From a virus: a DNA stretch of 64,000 nucleotides. Every line of letters starts with the position of its first letter. The stretch's first letter is position 1. This document shows positions 27,083 to 36,511 of this stretch, piece after piece. The translations under genes and the position numbers were made by a program. The stretch spans positions 1 to 64,000 of the IMG/VR virus record IMGVR_UViG_3300035698_019437; one strand, written 5' to 3'. The notes beneath the pieces are model-generated. The model was not told the origin of the DNA. It saw only the letters and a program-made list of their open reading frames with translations, and did no database searches.

Positions 27083-29677
27083 ATGGCTGACCTGATAGTA
27101 AAACCTAATATGTGGTACCCTGGCATCCGCTCGGGCCATCCGCTTGCGCGTGGACTGGTGGCTTACCTCCCAATGTGGGAAGGGACCGGAAGTGGCGTTC
27201 AAGACGTTTCGGCTACCCAAAATAGCGGTAGTATAACCGGCGCATCTTGGTCCGGGTCTAAGTTTGGCAGTTCTCTTGGATTCAGTACCGCCGGGGCCAG
27301 TCAGTTCGCGAGCATTCCAGACCATTCATCGCAGACGGGGATGTCAGAACTTACTATAGAGTCGTGGGTATACTACACGAGCGGCGAAATATATGGTCGC
27401 ATCTTTGACAAGGTGCCTGGCTCGGCCTACGCGGGCTACATTCGGGATGTCACACATTCCATCGGGTTTGCCATTGCCACAGACTTAGGAACGTTGGACG
27501 TGTCAACATTTCGGCAAACAATTTCAGACAACACTTGGACTCATATAATATGGACGTGGAGTTCTGCGGAAGGTGCTTGCAATATCTATATGGATGGGGC
27601 CGTAGGCACCCCAGAAGCAAGGACCGGGAATGTAGTATCCGACGACGCCCAAGCGATACTCCTCGGTGATAATGCAATCGGTGCGCGCGGCTTTGGTGGC
27701 AAGATTGGCAGCTTTGGGGTGTGGAACCGCCGCCTCTCTGCGGGCGAAATAGTTGAACGATGTCAAGACCCTTGGGGCCTCATCACCCCGCCAAGTACTA
27801 AGACTCATGTTATTTTCTCATCAGGCGATATTCCATCCACTAACGATGTCTATATTACTGCTGGCTTGCCGGTTTATAAAGATACTGACCAGGTTCCAAC
27901 TGGCAATAGTGTATTCATTACCGCAGGTCTTCCTCCTGCCGTAGAAATTACTCCATACAACTATGGATATGTTGATATTGGGCCGTTACAACATGGTGGA
28001 AGTGCTGCTAATGAAGGTGCCGCTGATATAGGGCCATTACAAACTGAATATGATGAAGCGGCTTCAAGTTCTAGCCATAGCAGTTCTAGCCATTCATCAA
28101 GTAGTAGTCATAGCAGTTCAAGTCATTCAAGTTCTAGCCATTCTTCAAGTAGCCATTCATCTAGTTCTAGCCATTCAAGTTCTAGCCATTCGAGTTCAAG
28201 CCATTCATCGAGTAGTAGTCATAGTAGCAGTAGTAGCCACTCTAGTTCTAGTCATAGTAGTTTAAGCAGTAGCCATAGCAGTTCAAGCCATTCTAGCAGT
28301 AGTAGTCATTCTAGTAGCAGTAGTCATTCTAGCAGTAGTCATAGCAGCAGTAGCCATTCATCAAGCAGTAGCCATTCATCAAGCAGTAGCCATTCATCAA
28401 GCAGTAGTCATTCTAGCAGTAGTCATTCAAGTTCAAGTCATTCTTCAAGCAGTAGTCACAGCAGTAGCAGCCATTCTAGTTCTAGCCATAGTTCAAGTAG
28501 TAGCCACAGCAGTAGTAGTCATTCAAGTTCAAGTCATTCATCGAGTAGTAGTCATAGCAGTAGCAGCCATTCATCTAGTTCTAGCCATTCATCTAGTTCT
28601 AGTCATAGTAGCAGTAGTCATTCTAGTAGTAGCCATTCATCAAGTAGTAGTCATTCAAGTAGCAGTCACAGTAGTAGTAGCCATTCATCAAGTAGTCACA
28701 GTAGCAGTAGTCATTCTTCTAGTTCCAGTCATAGCAGTTCTAGTCATTCAAGTTCTAGCCATTCAAGTTCTAGCCATTCATCTAGCAGTAGTCATAGCAG
28801 TTCTAGTCATTCAAGTTCTAGTCATTCAAGTTCTAGCCATTCTTCTAGCAGTAGCCATTCAAGTTCTAGCCATTCTTCAAGCAGTAGCCATTCATCGAGT
28901 AGTAGTCATAGTAGCAGTAGTAGCCACTCTAGTTCTAGTCATAGTAGTTTAAGCAGTAGCCATAGCAGTTCAAGCCATTCTTCTAGCAGTAGTCATTCAT
29001 CAAGCAGTCACAGTAGTAGTAGCCATTCTTCTAGTTCTAGTCATAGTAGCAGTAGTCATTCTTCTAGTAGCCATAGTTCAAGTTCAAGCCATTCATCAAG
29101 TAGTAGTCATTCAAGTTCTAGTCATAGTAGCAGTAGTCATTCTTCTAGTTCCAGTCATAGCAGTTCTAGTCATTCTTCTAGTTCTAGCCATAGCAGTTCT
29201 AGTCATTCAAGTTCTAGCCATAGCAGTTCTAGTCATTCAAGTTCAAGTCATTCATCTAGCAGTAGCCATTCAAGTTCTAGCCATTCAAGTTCTAGCCATT
29301 CTAGTTCAAGTCATTCATCTAGTTCTAGCCATTCATCTAGTTCTAGTCATAGTAGTAGCAGCCATTCTTCTAGTAGCCATAGTTCTAGTTCAAGCCATTC
29401 ATCAAGTAGTAGTCATTCTAGTTCAAGCCATTCAAGTTCAAGTCATTCTTCAAGCAGTAGTCATTCATCAAGCAGTCACAGTAGTACTACTTCTAGTAGT
29501 CACAGTAGTTCAAGCCATTCAAGTTCAAGTCATTCTTCAAGCAGTAAACATATTAGACCTGTAAAACAAAATATTAAAACATCATATGAACAATTAACAC
29601 CAAGTAAACAAATTAGTGTTAACTCTAAAAGATTACAGAATCCTAAAGGAATAAAAACAGGATATCAGAATCTATAA
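27083..29677 (+). CDS. LamG/concanavalin-like domain protein with long His-Ser repeat
   Basis: HPLARGLVAYLPMWEGTG, LTIESWV, WTHI, IYMDG, WNRRLS; then ~495 aa of H-S4/5 units. Confidence 0.85.
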   Translation: MADLIVKPNMWYPGIRSGHPLARGLVAYLPMWEGTGSGVQDVSATQNSGSITGASWSGSKFGSSLGFSTAGASQFASIPDHSSQTGMSELTIESWVYYTSGEIYGRIFDKVPGSAYAGYIRDVTHSIGFAIATDLGTLDVSTFRQTISDNTWTHIIWTWSSAEGACNIYMDGAVGTPEARTGNVVSDDAQAILLGDNAIGARGFGGKIGSFGVWNRRLSAGEIVERCQDPWGLITPPSTKTHVIFSSGDIPSTNDVYITAGLPVYKDTDQVPTGNSVFITAGLPPAVEITPYNYGYVDIGPLQHGGSAANEGAADIGPLQTEYDEAASSSSHSSSSHSSSSSHSSSSHSSSSHSSSSHSSSSSHSSSSHSSSSHSSSSSHSSSSSHSSSSHSSLSSSHSSSSHSSSSSHSSSSSHSSSSHSSSSHSSSSSHSSSSSHSSSSSHSSSSHSSSSHSSSSSHSSSSHSSSSHSSSSSHSSSSHSSSSHSSSSSHSSSSHSSSSSHSSSSSHSSSSHSSSSHSSSSSHSSSSHSSSSHSSSSHSSSSHSSSSSHSSSSHSSSSHSSSSHSSSSSHSSSSHSSSSHSSSSHSSSSSHSSSSHSSSSSHSSSSSHSSSSSHSSSSHSSLSSSHSSSSHSSSSSHSSSSHSSSSHSSSSSHSSSSHSSSSHSSSSSHSSSSSHSSSSHSSSSHSSSSSHSSSSHSSSSSHSSSSHSSSSHSSSSHSSSSHSSSSSHSSSSHSSSSHSSSSHSSSSSHSSSSSHSSSSHSSSSHSSSSSHSSSSSHSSSSHSSSSHSSSSSHSSSSHSSTTSSSHSSSSHSSSSHSSSSKHIRPVKQNIKTSYEQLTPSKQISVNSKRLQNPKGIKTGYQNL
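28063..29547 (+). repeat. coding (HSSSS/HSSSSS)n repeat, roughly 90 units
   Basis: All six Ser codons used; exact 96-nt internal duplication 28199-28294 = 28886-28981. Confidence 0.95.
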
Positions 29678-29689
29678 TAGGTACAAAAA

Positions 29690-30961
29690 ATGGATATTAG
29701 AGTATTTATAAATATTACAGATTGTCTTACAGAGGATAACAGTGATCCTAATTCTATACTTCTGTCTATAGAAAATCTATCTACTGGGGTTTTCCCGGTA
29801 CCCGAATGGACCGCTCCAACAAAAACAGGTAATGGACAATATGAGTACACGTTTGAAGCAGATACCAATGTTGTTTATTTAGTTACCTGGCGAATCATAA
29901 TTTCTGTTGGAGATGATGTTCTTCTAAAAACAGAACAAATTGGACCGTTTGAAACAACTTGTGATAATAAAATAAGGGCTGTAGCAAGCTATAAAGGAAC
30001 ATTTGCACAAGATACACTGGCTACACTTTTGTTAAAAATAACAAACTTTGATGGAATTCCCAAAGACCCTGAAGATATATCTGTTACTATATCTACGGAA
30101 GCTGGTAGCGTTGTTAAAACAACAACACCCGATAAAGCTGCCGATGGTTTTTATGCTTTTGATTGGAGTATCGCAGATACAATAACACCAGGAGACTATT
30201 ATGTTACTTGGAGGTATACTGTAGATGATATACCTCATAGCGAATTAGATAAAGTCGTTGTCGCAGAAGTAGGCGACGGTAATTTCTTGTATACTGGATT
30301 TGCATATTACTATAGACTAGTTTTAGAAAGCTATCTTACCTGCGCTCAATCAATTCCTGTTTACTACGAACAAGCAAAACCTACTGTTGATAATCATATA
30401 TATCGGTTTACGTTTCCTAGATGGAACCAAGTAACAGGAATTAAACTTTATAGAAATACTCAACCTCTTATAGACAATTATGAAGTTAATTATTTTAAAG
30501 GTGAAATTGCATTTGATAACACAATGACTGATTACGATGTTATCAATGCAGATTATAACTTTGCATGGTTCAGCGATATGGATTTGAACCAGTTCTTAGA
30601 AAATGCAATACAGGTATTAAATCAATTCCCGCCTCATAGCGGCTATTCGTTTACTAATCTTCCTTCTCGTTATGTTCCTGCTATGATCTACAAAGCCGCA
30701 GCAGATGCTTTGAGGAAGCTTATGCTTTGTTTGCAGTTCCAACAGTCGCAACAGGTATTTGGCGGTTCTGAAGCTGCTCAGAGGGCATTCGCAAACCTTG
30801 AGACACTTAAGAAGAACTACGAAGAGGAATGGAAACTTCTACTTGAACAGAAGAAGTACGGTCCTTACGTTGGGCTTACCAGAGCAGTCGTAACACCAGA
30901 ATTTACTTTACCAGGTGGTCGGTCGCGTTGGTTTCGCTACCTCTTCAAATCGGGAACCTAA
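29690..30961 (+). CDS. putative virion structural (neck/adaptor-like) protein with Ig-like N-terminus
   Basis: GQYEYTF, GDYYVTW; FSDMDLNQFL..LNQFPP. Confidence 0.65.
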   Translation: MDIRVFINITDCLTEDNSDPNSILLSIENLSTGVFPVPEWTAPTKTGNGQYEYTFEADTNVVYLVTWRIIISVGDDVLLKTEQIGPFETTCDNKIRAVASYKGTFAQDTLATLLLKITNFDGIPKDPEDISVTISTEAGSVVKTTTPDKAADGFYAFDWSIADTITPGDYYVTWRYTVDDIPHSELDKVVVAEVGDGNFLYTGFAYYYRLVLESYLTCAQSIPVYYEQAKPTVDNHIYRFTFPRWNQVTGIKLYRNTQPLIDNYEVNYFKGEIAFDNTMTDYDVINADYNFAWFSDMDLNQFLENAIQVLNQFPPHSGYSFTNLPSRYVPAMIYKAAADALRKLMLCLQFQQSQQVFGGSEAAQRAFANLETLKKNYEEEWKLLLEQKKYGPYVGLTRAVVTPEFTLPGGRSRWFRYLFKSGT

Positions 30962-31044
30962 TGGCCCACAAGGACTTATATCAATTCTGCTTTATGGTTC
31001 AGTTATTGTTGTATTTGTGAGTTGTTTATGCCGATAATAAAGGC

Positions 31045-32013
31045 ATGAACAAGCATTATGAAGCAATCCATCGTTACGATTTTCTAACCAAAGAATTGCT
31101 AGAGAAAGAGTATGTACAGGATGGATTAACGGATAAGCAAATAGCTGAAAAACATGATATGCCTTCTAAAACAGTGGTATGGCGAAAACGCAAAAAATAT
31201 GGGATTCCAAACAAGTGTCCCGGCAAGTCTAACAAAAACGCGACAAAGAATAGGCGATTTCATATCAGCTTAGAAAGAGCTAAGGAACTCAAATCCAAAG
31301 GCTATACCATAAAACAAATAGCAGCTACTATTGGTTGCGGTGAGTTAGTAGCCAAAAGAAGACTAGAAGAACTTGGTTTAACCAATAAACACAAATCAAC
31401 CGAAAAGTATTCTTGTTGGGATGTAGAACTATCTGATATCCAGAAAGATTCTATCCTTGGTATGGTATTGGGAGATGGATATTTAACTAATAGTAACGCT
31501 ATATCTTTTTCTCATTCTATTAAACAGTCAGAGTATATCAAACACAAACATAGTCTTTTGCATAATCTTAGGCCGGGGAGCATAACCCTAAATCCGGTCA
31601 AGTTAAAATATAAAGATGATATAAAAATACATGATACGTTGCATTTTACAACATGCACAAACAAACATCTCGCTTATCTAAAAAGTATCTTTTATAACGA
31701 GGCTGGTAAAAAGATATTTCCTTACTATTACCTTATGGAACATCTAGGAAATATCGGTTTGGCATATTGGTTTATGGATGACGGGAATTTACATTACAAA
31801 AGTGCTAGATTATTTACATGCAACTTTACCCTACTAGAACATTTTATGATACAGAAGTTGTTCAAAGAAAAGTTTGGATTGTGTTGCAAAATACTGTATC
31901 ACAACCAAAAAAGGAATTACTATGTTGCTTTCTCTGTTGAAGAAACTAAAAAGTTGTTTTCTCTAATCCGTCCTCACATCATCGAAAGCATGAAATATAA
32001 AGTAGAAATGTAG
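31045..32013 (+). CDS. LAGLIDADG homing endonuclease with N-terminal HTH
   Basis: ILGMVLGDGYL, HSIKQSEYIKHK, LAYWFMDDG; start codon inside hairpin TTGTTTATGCC/GGCATGAACAA. Confidence 0.9.
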   Translation: MNKHYEAIHRYDFLTKELLEKEYVQDGLTDKQIAEKHDMPSKTVVWRKRKKYGIPNKCPGKSNKNATKNRRFHISLERAKELKSKGYTIKQIAATIGCGELVAKRRLEELGLTNKHKSTEKYSCWDVELSDIQKDSILGMVLGDGYLTNSNAISFSHSIKQSEYIKHKHSLLHNLRPGSITLNPVKLKYKDDIKIHDTLHFTTCTNKHLAYLKSIFYNEAGKKIFPYYYLMEHLGNIGLAYWFMDDGNLHYKSARLFTCNFTLLEHFMIQKLFKEKFGLCCKILYHNQKRNYYVAFSVEETKKLFSLIRPHIIESMKYKVEM

Positions 32014-32373
32014 ATGACCCTCGACCTTAGAAAATGGGAAACTAACGAAGAATGGGAAGTAACCAAGAAGGCTATTTTTAAGAATCTTCCTGGTGGCTTT
32101 GAATTTTTCGTGCAAGGAACTATGTTTAGTTGTGATCTACGTGCTGATGCATGTGGAAAAGACAAATTAGTATATACTGTATACGAAATAGATGATGATT
32201 ATAATTTTGTTATGACGATAACATGTGATTTATATACTGGTGGTTGGAGCCGCACAAACACTTCGGCAAAAAGAGGGAATGAAAGCTATCATAGCATTTG
32301 GTTAGCGGTTATAGACGTTTTTTATGATTGCGTGTTGGATTATCATTTTTCTTGGAGAGCCATGCGAATATGA
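32014..32373 (+). CDS. W-tag paralog family (FSWRAMRI)
   Basis: LPGGFEF N-motif; terminal motif. Confidence 0.78.
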   Translation: MTLDLRKWETNEEWEVTKKAIFKNLPGGFEFFVQGTMFSCDLRADACGKDKLVYTVYEIDDDYNFVMTITCDLYTGGWSRTNTSAKRGNESYHSIWLAVIDVFYDCVLDYHFSWRAMRI

Positions 32374-32678
32374 AATACTATCCTCATCAAATCAGAACTT
32401 TTGAGTTCTATCATGATGGCAGACATTATTTGGCTTATCAGCGTTTGAGTGAGTATCAGCAGTATTACTATTACACATCTTTTCGAAACAGTTCTGGAAT
32501 GAAGATCAATTTTGTTGGTATTAGATGGAAAGAACCGGGAAGATTATTTATACTCATAGAAGATTATTATTCTACGCGATCACCCGACTTTGATACAATG
32601 GGATTTTTAGATTCTGCAACAGATGCGTTTAAAACAAAGGTTTATTCTGCGTTTTTCTGGGAACAGATGGAAATATGA
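32370..32678 (+). CDS. W-tag paralog family (FFWEQMEI)
   Basis: ATGA overlap; terminal motif. Confidence 0.78.
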   Translation: MKYYPHQIRTFEFYHDGRHYLAYQRLSEYQQYYYYTSFRNSSGMKINFVGIRWKEPGRLFILIEDYYSTRSPDFDTMGFLDSATDAFKTKVYSAFFWEQMEI

Positions 32679-32715
32679 ATAGGTATTACCTGTTTTTTGT
32701 TGTAATATAATTCTT

Positions 32716-33333
32716 ATGAATTGGTATAAGCAAGCACAACCTATCAAGCAACCGTGGGAAATGACTCGTAGAGAGTTCATGGATTACCACAAAACAGGCC
32801 ACATATCAGAAGGTACATACGATATGTACAGCACTCGCGAGGGTATTGACTGGTTGGGGCCAAAAGAAAAACAACCAATGGTTCATAGTAAAAAGACTTT
32901 TGGAGATGTTGAAGTAGAGTTCCGGCAGACCGGCAAAAAAAACAAATACGTACGCACAGATGAAAACAATGAAATAGTACGAGACCCAGCAGGTACCGCA
33001 TTATATTTAACCGATGAAGAAATAGTTGAAAGGGGCTATTCGCCTTACGACACAGGTATTACAGCATACGATTCAGGAGGCCCGATTGGTTGGGTTGCCA
33101 ATAGTTTCGGCGTACCCGAAGTTTTTGTTATCAAAGAACGACAACGACTAGGTATCGGTACATATCTTTTATCTGAGTGGATGAAGCTTCGTAAACCAGA
33201 CCAACATTTCGGTCAAATGACAACTTCTGGCGAGAATATGTCTCTCTCTTATCACAAGCAACAAATTGCCGATGCTATTCGTGAAGGTAAATCCGTTCCT
33301 GATGAAGTGTTAAATGAGTATCCAGAGTTGTGA
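32716..33333 (+). CDS. MNWYK-tag protein with GNAT-like domain
   Basis: MNWYKQAQ; VFVIKERQRLGIGTYL resembles acetyl-CoA motif A. Confidence 0.72.
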   Translation: MNWYKQAQPIKQPWEMTRREFMDYHKTGHISEGTYDMYSTREGIDWLGPKEKQPMVHSKKTFGDVEVEFRQTGKKNKYVRTDENNEIVRDPAGTALYLTDEEIVERGYSPYDTGITAYDSGGPIGWVANSFGVPEVFVIKERQRLGIGTYLLSEWMKLRKPDQHFGQMTTSGENMSLSYHKQQIADAIREGKSVPDEVLNEYPEL

Positions 33334-33387
33334 AATCTTGTTCGTTACAGGATGCCTTTTCTAGTGAAAAACCATTTCTTTAAATCG

Positions 33388-33415
33388 TTGATATTTGGTA
33401 TTTCTGCGTTATAAT
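33388..33415 (+). promoter_or_regulatory. sigma70-like promoter, leaderless start at 33422
   Basis: TTGATA-N16-TATAAT, 6 nt before ATG. Confidence 0.5.
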
Positions 33416-33421
33416 GTGACT

Positions 33422-33769
33422 ATGAGTGGCGATAGAAATGTATTTGAATTTCCTTCTGAGGAGATAATATACTTCAGCTTCATTTTTGATGATGTGAAAT
33501 ATAGCTGTCATGCTTGTTATTGCAACTATGCATCTAGGTATGCCATTTATACCAAGTCTTTAATTAAGGGTATACATGTTCGTGTATCAGATGTCGAGTG
33601 GGTTCCCGCATATAATGGTTGCAAAGACAGATATTTTAGATGCGTCGATACTCATGGATATGTTTTTCCTGCATTTACGAGTTTAGACGACTTTTTTGCT
33701 ACTATCACAAGAACGATGAGGAAGCTTCTTGGGCTTCATCTTTTTAGTTGGAAAGAGATGACACTATGA
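33422..33769 (+). CDS. W-tag paralog family (FSWKEMTL)
   Basis: Terminal motif. Confidence 0.78.
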   Translation: MSGDRNVFEFPSEEIIYFSFIFDDVKYSCHACYCNYASRYAIYTKSLIKGIHVRVSDVEWVPAYNGCKDRYFRCVDTHGYVFPAFTSLDDFFATITRTMRKLLGLHLFSWKEMTL

Positions 33770-34080
33770 ATAAAGACATATTACCTCCGCGTACATTCCA
33801 TGTGATTTGTAGAAATACTACATATAGATTCTTTTTTTATACTATAGAAAATAAAATGATGTACGGGATTCATACGACAAATCTTCCTATAGACCCTATA
33901 ATGGAAGCAGAGCTTTACATCCATAAAGATTTTAAGAAGAATTTTGATGTTCACATGAACGTACATAGAGCTTACTGTAATTTAGGACCAAGGTTTTTTG
34001 CAGACTTATTTGAAAGGGCGTATAAAACTATCAAATTCATTATGTCGAATAGTTTTCGTTGGGAAGAAATTACAATATGA
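33766..34080 (+). CDS. W-tag paralog family (FRWEEITI)
   Basis: ATGA overlap; terminal motif. Confidence 0.78.
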   Translation: MNKDILPPRTFHVICRNTTYRFFFYTIENKMMYGIHTTNLPIDPIMEAELYIHKDFKKNFDVHMNVHRAYCNLGPRFFADLFERAYKTIKFIMSNSFRWEEITI

Positions 34081-34397
34081 CTCATAGACATGAAATGGAA
34101 ATAAGATTACCGGAGCCTATAGAGATTTTTGGATTTGGGTTAGACGGTAATAATTTCATGGCAATATTGGAGAAGACTACAGAAGAATATTGGTTATATC
34201 GTGTTCATCTTGGTAATAAACATGTTTTTTCTTTTATGTTCCGTCTTTACTATTTAAAATTTGCTTTCTTCCATAACGAGGTACATAAATGTGCTGCAAT
34301 GCATTTAGATTATAGGAAGATTGCAGGAGCGGCTGACAAAAGCTTTGACAAATTTATTCTTTCCCAGATTTTTGTTTGGCAAGAGATACAGATATGA
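34077..34397 (+). CDS. W-tag paralog family (FVWQEIQI)
   Basis: ATGA overlap; terminal motif. Confidence 0.78.
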   Translation: MTHRHEMEIRLPEPIEIFGFGLDGNNFMAILEKTTEEYWLYRVHLGNKHVFSFMFRLYYLKFAFFHNEVHKCAAMHLDYRKIAGAADKSFDKFILSQIFVWQEIQI

Positions 34398-34681
34398 TAC
34401 CAGAACTTCCGGAACAATTTGAATTGTTTTTTGAAGAAAAGTTTTTTAGCTTCACCATGAAGCGTCAATGGACGAAGAACATACAGTTCCCTGTGATTTA
34501 TTTTATAAATAGCATTCCTTTTAACAGTAGCAAAAGCTATGTATCATCTTTACATCTCGATGTCCTTCACGGAGATTTATGTTTTAGTATTGCGAATAAC
34601 AGTAACATGGGTGAAGAGGCATGCATCTTGTTAGAAAAAATGAATGGTTTATGGTTTAAGTGGAGTTGGATGACGCGATGA
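34394..34681 (+). CDS. W-tag paralog family (FKWSWMTR)
   Basis: ATGA overlap; terminal motif. Confidence 0.78.
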   Translation: MIPELPEQFELFFEEKFFSFTMKRQWTKNIQFPVIYFINSIPFNSSKSYVSSLHLDVLHGDLCFSIANNSNMGEEACILLEKMNGLWFKWSWMTR

Positions 34682-35076
34682 CAAGGGCACTTGAACAAAC
34701 AAGAGCTTCTTTAAGATATGCCTATCATATAAAAGGACATTACCCTAAAGAATTCAGATTCTACGCGAATGGACTACCTTTTAGATGTGTTGCTAATCGC
34801 CGTCTAACGAGCGGAATGTATTATGCTTTGTATTATGAATTGTATTATGCTGGACCTTTTGCTGATGGTAAAATAGTTGACACGTTGATTGTAGATGTTT
34901 GTGATAGTATGACTTTTGATTGTGGGAGTAATCAGTATATACCTCATGCTTCTGATAGGTTTAAAGGAAATCAATTTAACATAGAAAAATGGTTTGTTAT
35001 ACAAGAAGCTCACGCCGTATTCGTTGATATTATGACTGATCCTTTTCATCTTTGTTGGGTGGATATAATAGTATGA
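34678..35076 (+). CDS. W-tag paralog family (LCWVDIIV)
   Basis: ATGA overlap; terminal motif. Confidence 0.78.
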   Translation: MTRALEQTRASLRYAYHIKGHYPKEFRFYANGLPFRCVANRRLTSGMYYALYYELYYAGPFADGKIVDTLIVDVCDSMTFDCGSNQYIPHASDRFKGNQFNIEKWFVIQEAHAVFVDIMTDPFHLCWVDIIV

Positions 35077-35408
35077 TACCTATGAACCCAAATCTTCTTC
35101 CTCTTGAGGTAAATTTTTGTATTGAAGGAATTGAATTCAGGTGTTGTTTAACAAAAACAAAAACGGATACTGGTTTTTCTTATAGTTATAGAGTAATAGA
35201 AGACTTACATTTTCTTCCCGGTAAAGTATATTCCGTTCATTGTTTTTCTATAGAATATGGAGTTGATGAATCAAAAAGAGTCTACTTGCGAGCTGTCATA
35301 GACGGCAGAACGCCGTGTGATAAAGATTTTGTTATTAAACCCACCTGTAAATTACATGACATTCTTGCTGATGAGGGGTATTTTCATTGGAAACAGATAA
35401 TGATATGA
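35073..35408 (+). CDS. W-tag paralog family (FHWKQIMI)
   Basis: ATGA overlap; terminal motif. Confidence 0.78.
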   Translation: MIPMNPNLLPLEVNFCIEGIEFRCCLTKTKTDTGFSYSYRVIEDLHFLPGKVYSVHCFSIEYGVDESKRVYLRAVIDGRTPCDKDFVIKPTCKLHDILADEGYFHWKQIMI

Positions 35409-35683
35409 AAGACTTTACTCCTCCTAGATTATTATCTTTTCATTTTGGATTTACGCACTATACTTGTCAAGTAGACTCCAAGAAAAAGACATGTACTGTT
35501 TATAAGACTTTTGGTATGGTTCCTGTTTTTATGGCTGAATTCTTTATAGATAATGAATATCTAGTTACAATGCGAGCGACACGCCGCTATGAGGAATATT
35601 GCTATACTTTAACAAAAAAGGTTGAAAGAGAATTTCGAGATTATATGATTAACAAGTTTATGTGGAAGAACATGAAAACATGA
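35405..35683 (+). CDS. W-tag paralog family (FMWKNMKT)
   Basis: ATGA overlap; terminal motif. Confidence 0.78.
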   Translation: MKDFTPPRLLSFHFGFTHYTCQVDSKKKTCTVYKTFGMVPVFMAEFFIDNEYLVTMRATRRYEEYCYTLTKKVEREFRDYMINKFMWKNMKT

Positions 35684-35967
35684 TAGATGAAGATTACAGA
35701 CTTCCGAGTTTTTTTGGAGTTAGAATCTCTGATCGTCTATTTGTCTGTACTATCCGTAAACTCAGAAATAGTTACAGGTATGTGGTTCATACTTCAATTG
35801 ATGGTGAGACTTTGAAGATTGGTTCTTTTTCGGTAGTTTTACGAAAAAATGGCAAGTATGGTATTATTAACTTTGAGAAAGAATATGTAGAACTTGTTAG
35901 CGTTATGACTAAAGAACTAAATCATGTTGTTAGCAACAGATTCTATTGGATAGAGATGGAAATATGA
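35680..35967 (+). CDS. W-tag paralog family (FYWIEMEI)
   Basis: ATGA overlap; terminal motif. Confidence 0.78.
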   Translation: MIDEDYRLPSFFGVRISDRLFVCTIRKLRNSYRYVVHTSIDGETLKIGSFSVVLRKNGKYGIINFEKEYVELVSVMTKELNHVVSNRFYWIEMEI

Positions 35968-36233
35968 ATTTATGTAGTAATACTTTACCTGTATTTTTTA
36001 AATTCGAGGTCGAGGATGAAGTGTGGACATGTTCAATTGCACAGGAACGTGGTCCTTATTATGTTGTAAGTTGTGGCTCATCAAGCGCAGGAGCTAATTT
36101 GTCTTTTTCCGATTCAGGGGATTACATTATATCATTATATACGGGAACAGATAGATGGGATAAAGTGTTTAAGAAAGCTTCTGATATATTGAACGAGTTA
36201 TGTTATTTTTGTTGGCAAGAAATGGAAATATGA
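35964..36233 (+). CDS. W-tag paralog family (FCWQEMEI)
   Basis: ATGA overlap; terminal motif. Confidence 0.78.
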   Translation: MNLCSNTLPVFFKFEVEDEVWTCSIAQERGPYYVVSCGSSSAGANLSFSDSGDYIISLYTGTDRWDKVFKKASDILNELCYFCWQEMEI

Positions 36234-36511
36234 ACGCAGATTTTCCAGATACATTTTGTTTTACCTACAGGATGGAGAGGATTGAAGCTATAAATAAGAG
36301 GGGAACTGGGCCGTTCTTATATGATTTAACCGGACTTTGTGGAAGAAGTATAGCAACCCTTGAAGTACGAAAATCTCATCTTGAAGGCGTAGTCGCGTTT
36401 AATATTTTAGACAAACTCGATTATCATGCTTTTGAAATTGGAAGAATAGCGTGTTGTTTATTGGAAAACATGTTAGGATTTTGGTTCGGATGGAAATGGA
36501 TGACTTTATGA
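36230..36511 (+). CDS. W-tag paralog family (FGWKWMTL)
   Basis: ATGA overlap; terminal motif. Confidence 0.78.
   Translation: MNADFPDTFCFTYRMERIEAINKRGTGPFLYDLTGLCGRSIATLEVRKSHLEGVVAFNILDKLDYHAFEIGRIACCLLENMLGFWFGWKWMTL

Noticed and set aside
19541-27808. Many antisense and alternate-frame ORFs over structural genes
   Set aside because: Shadow ORFs of Gly/Ala/Thr-rich genes with no RBS or motifs.
28063-29547. CRISPR array or satellite DNA
   Set aside because: No constant repeat with unique spacers; it is an in-frame Ser/His coding repeat with synonymous variation.
33748-36511. Upstream TTG/GTG/ATG starts in the ORF track (MERDDTM, MGRNYNM, MARDTDM and similar)
   Set aside because: These come from reading the previous gene's W-tag codons in another frame; the ATGA-overlap ATGs are the likely starts.
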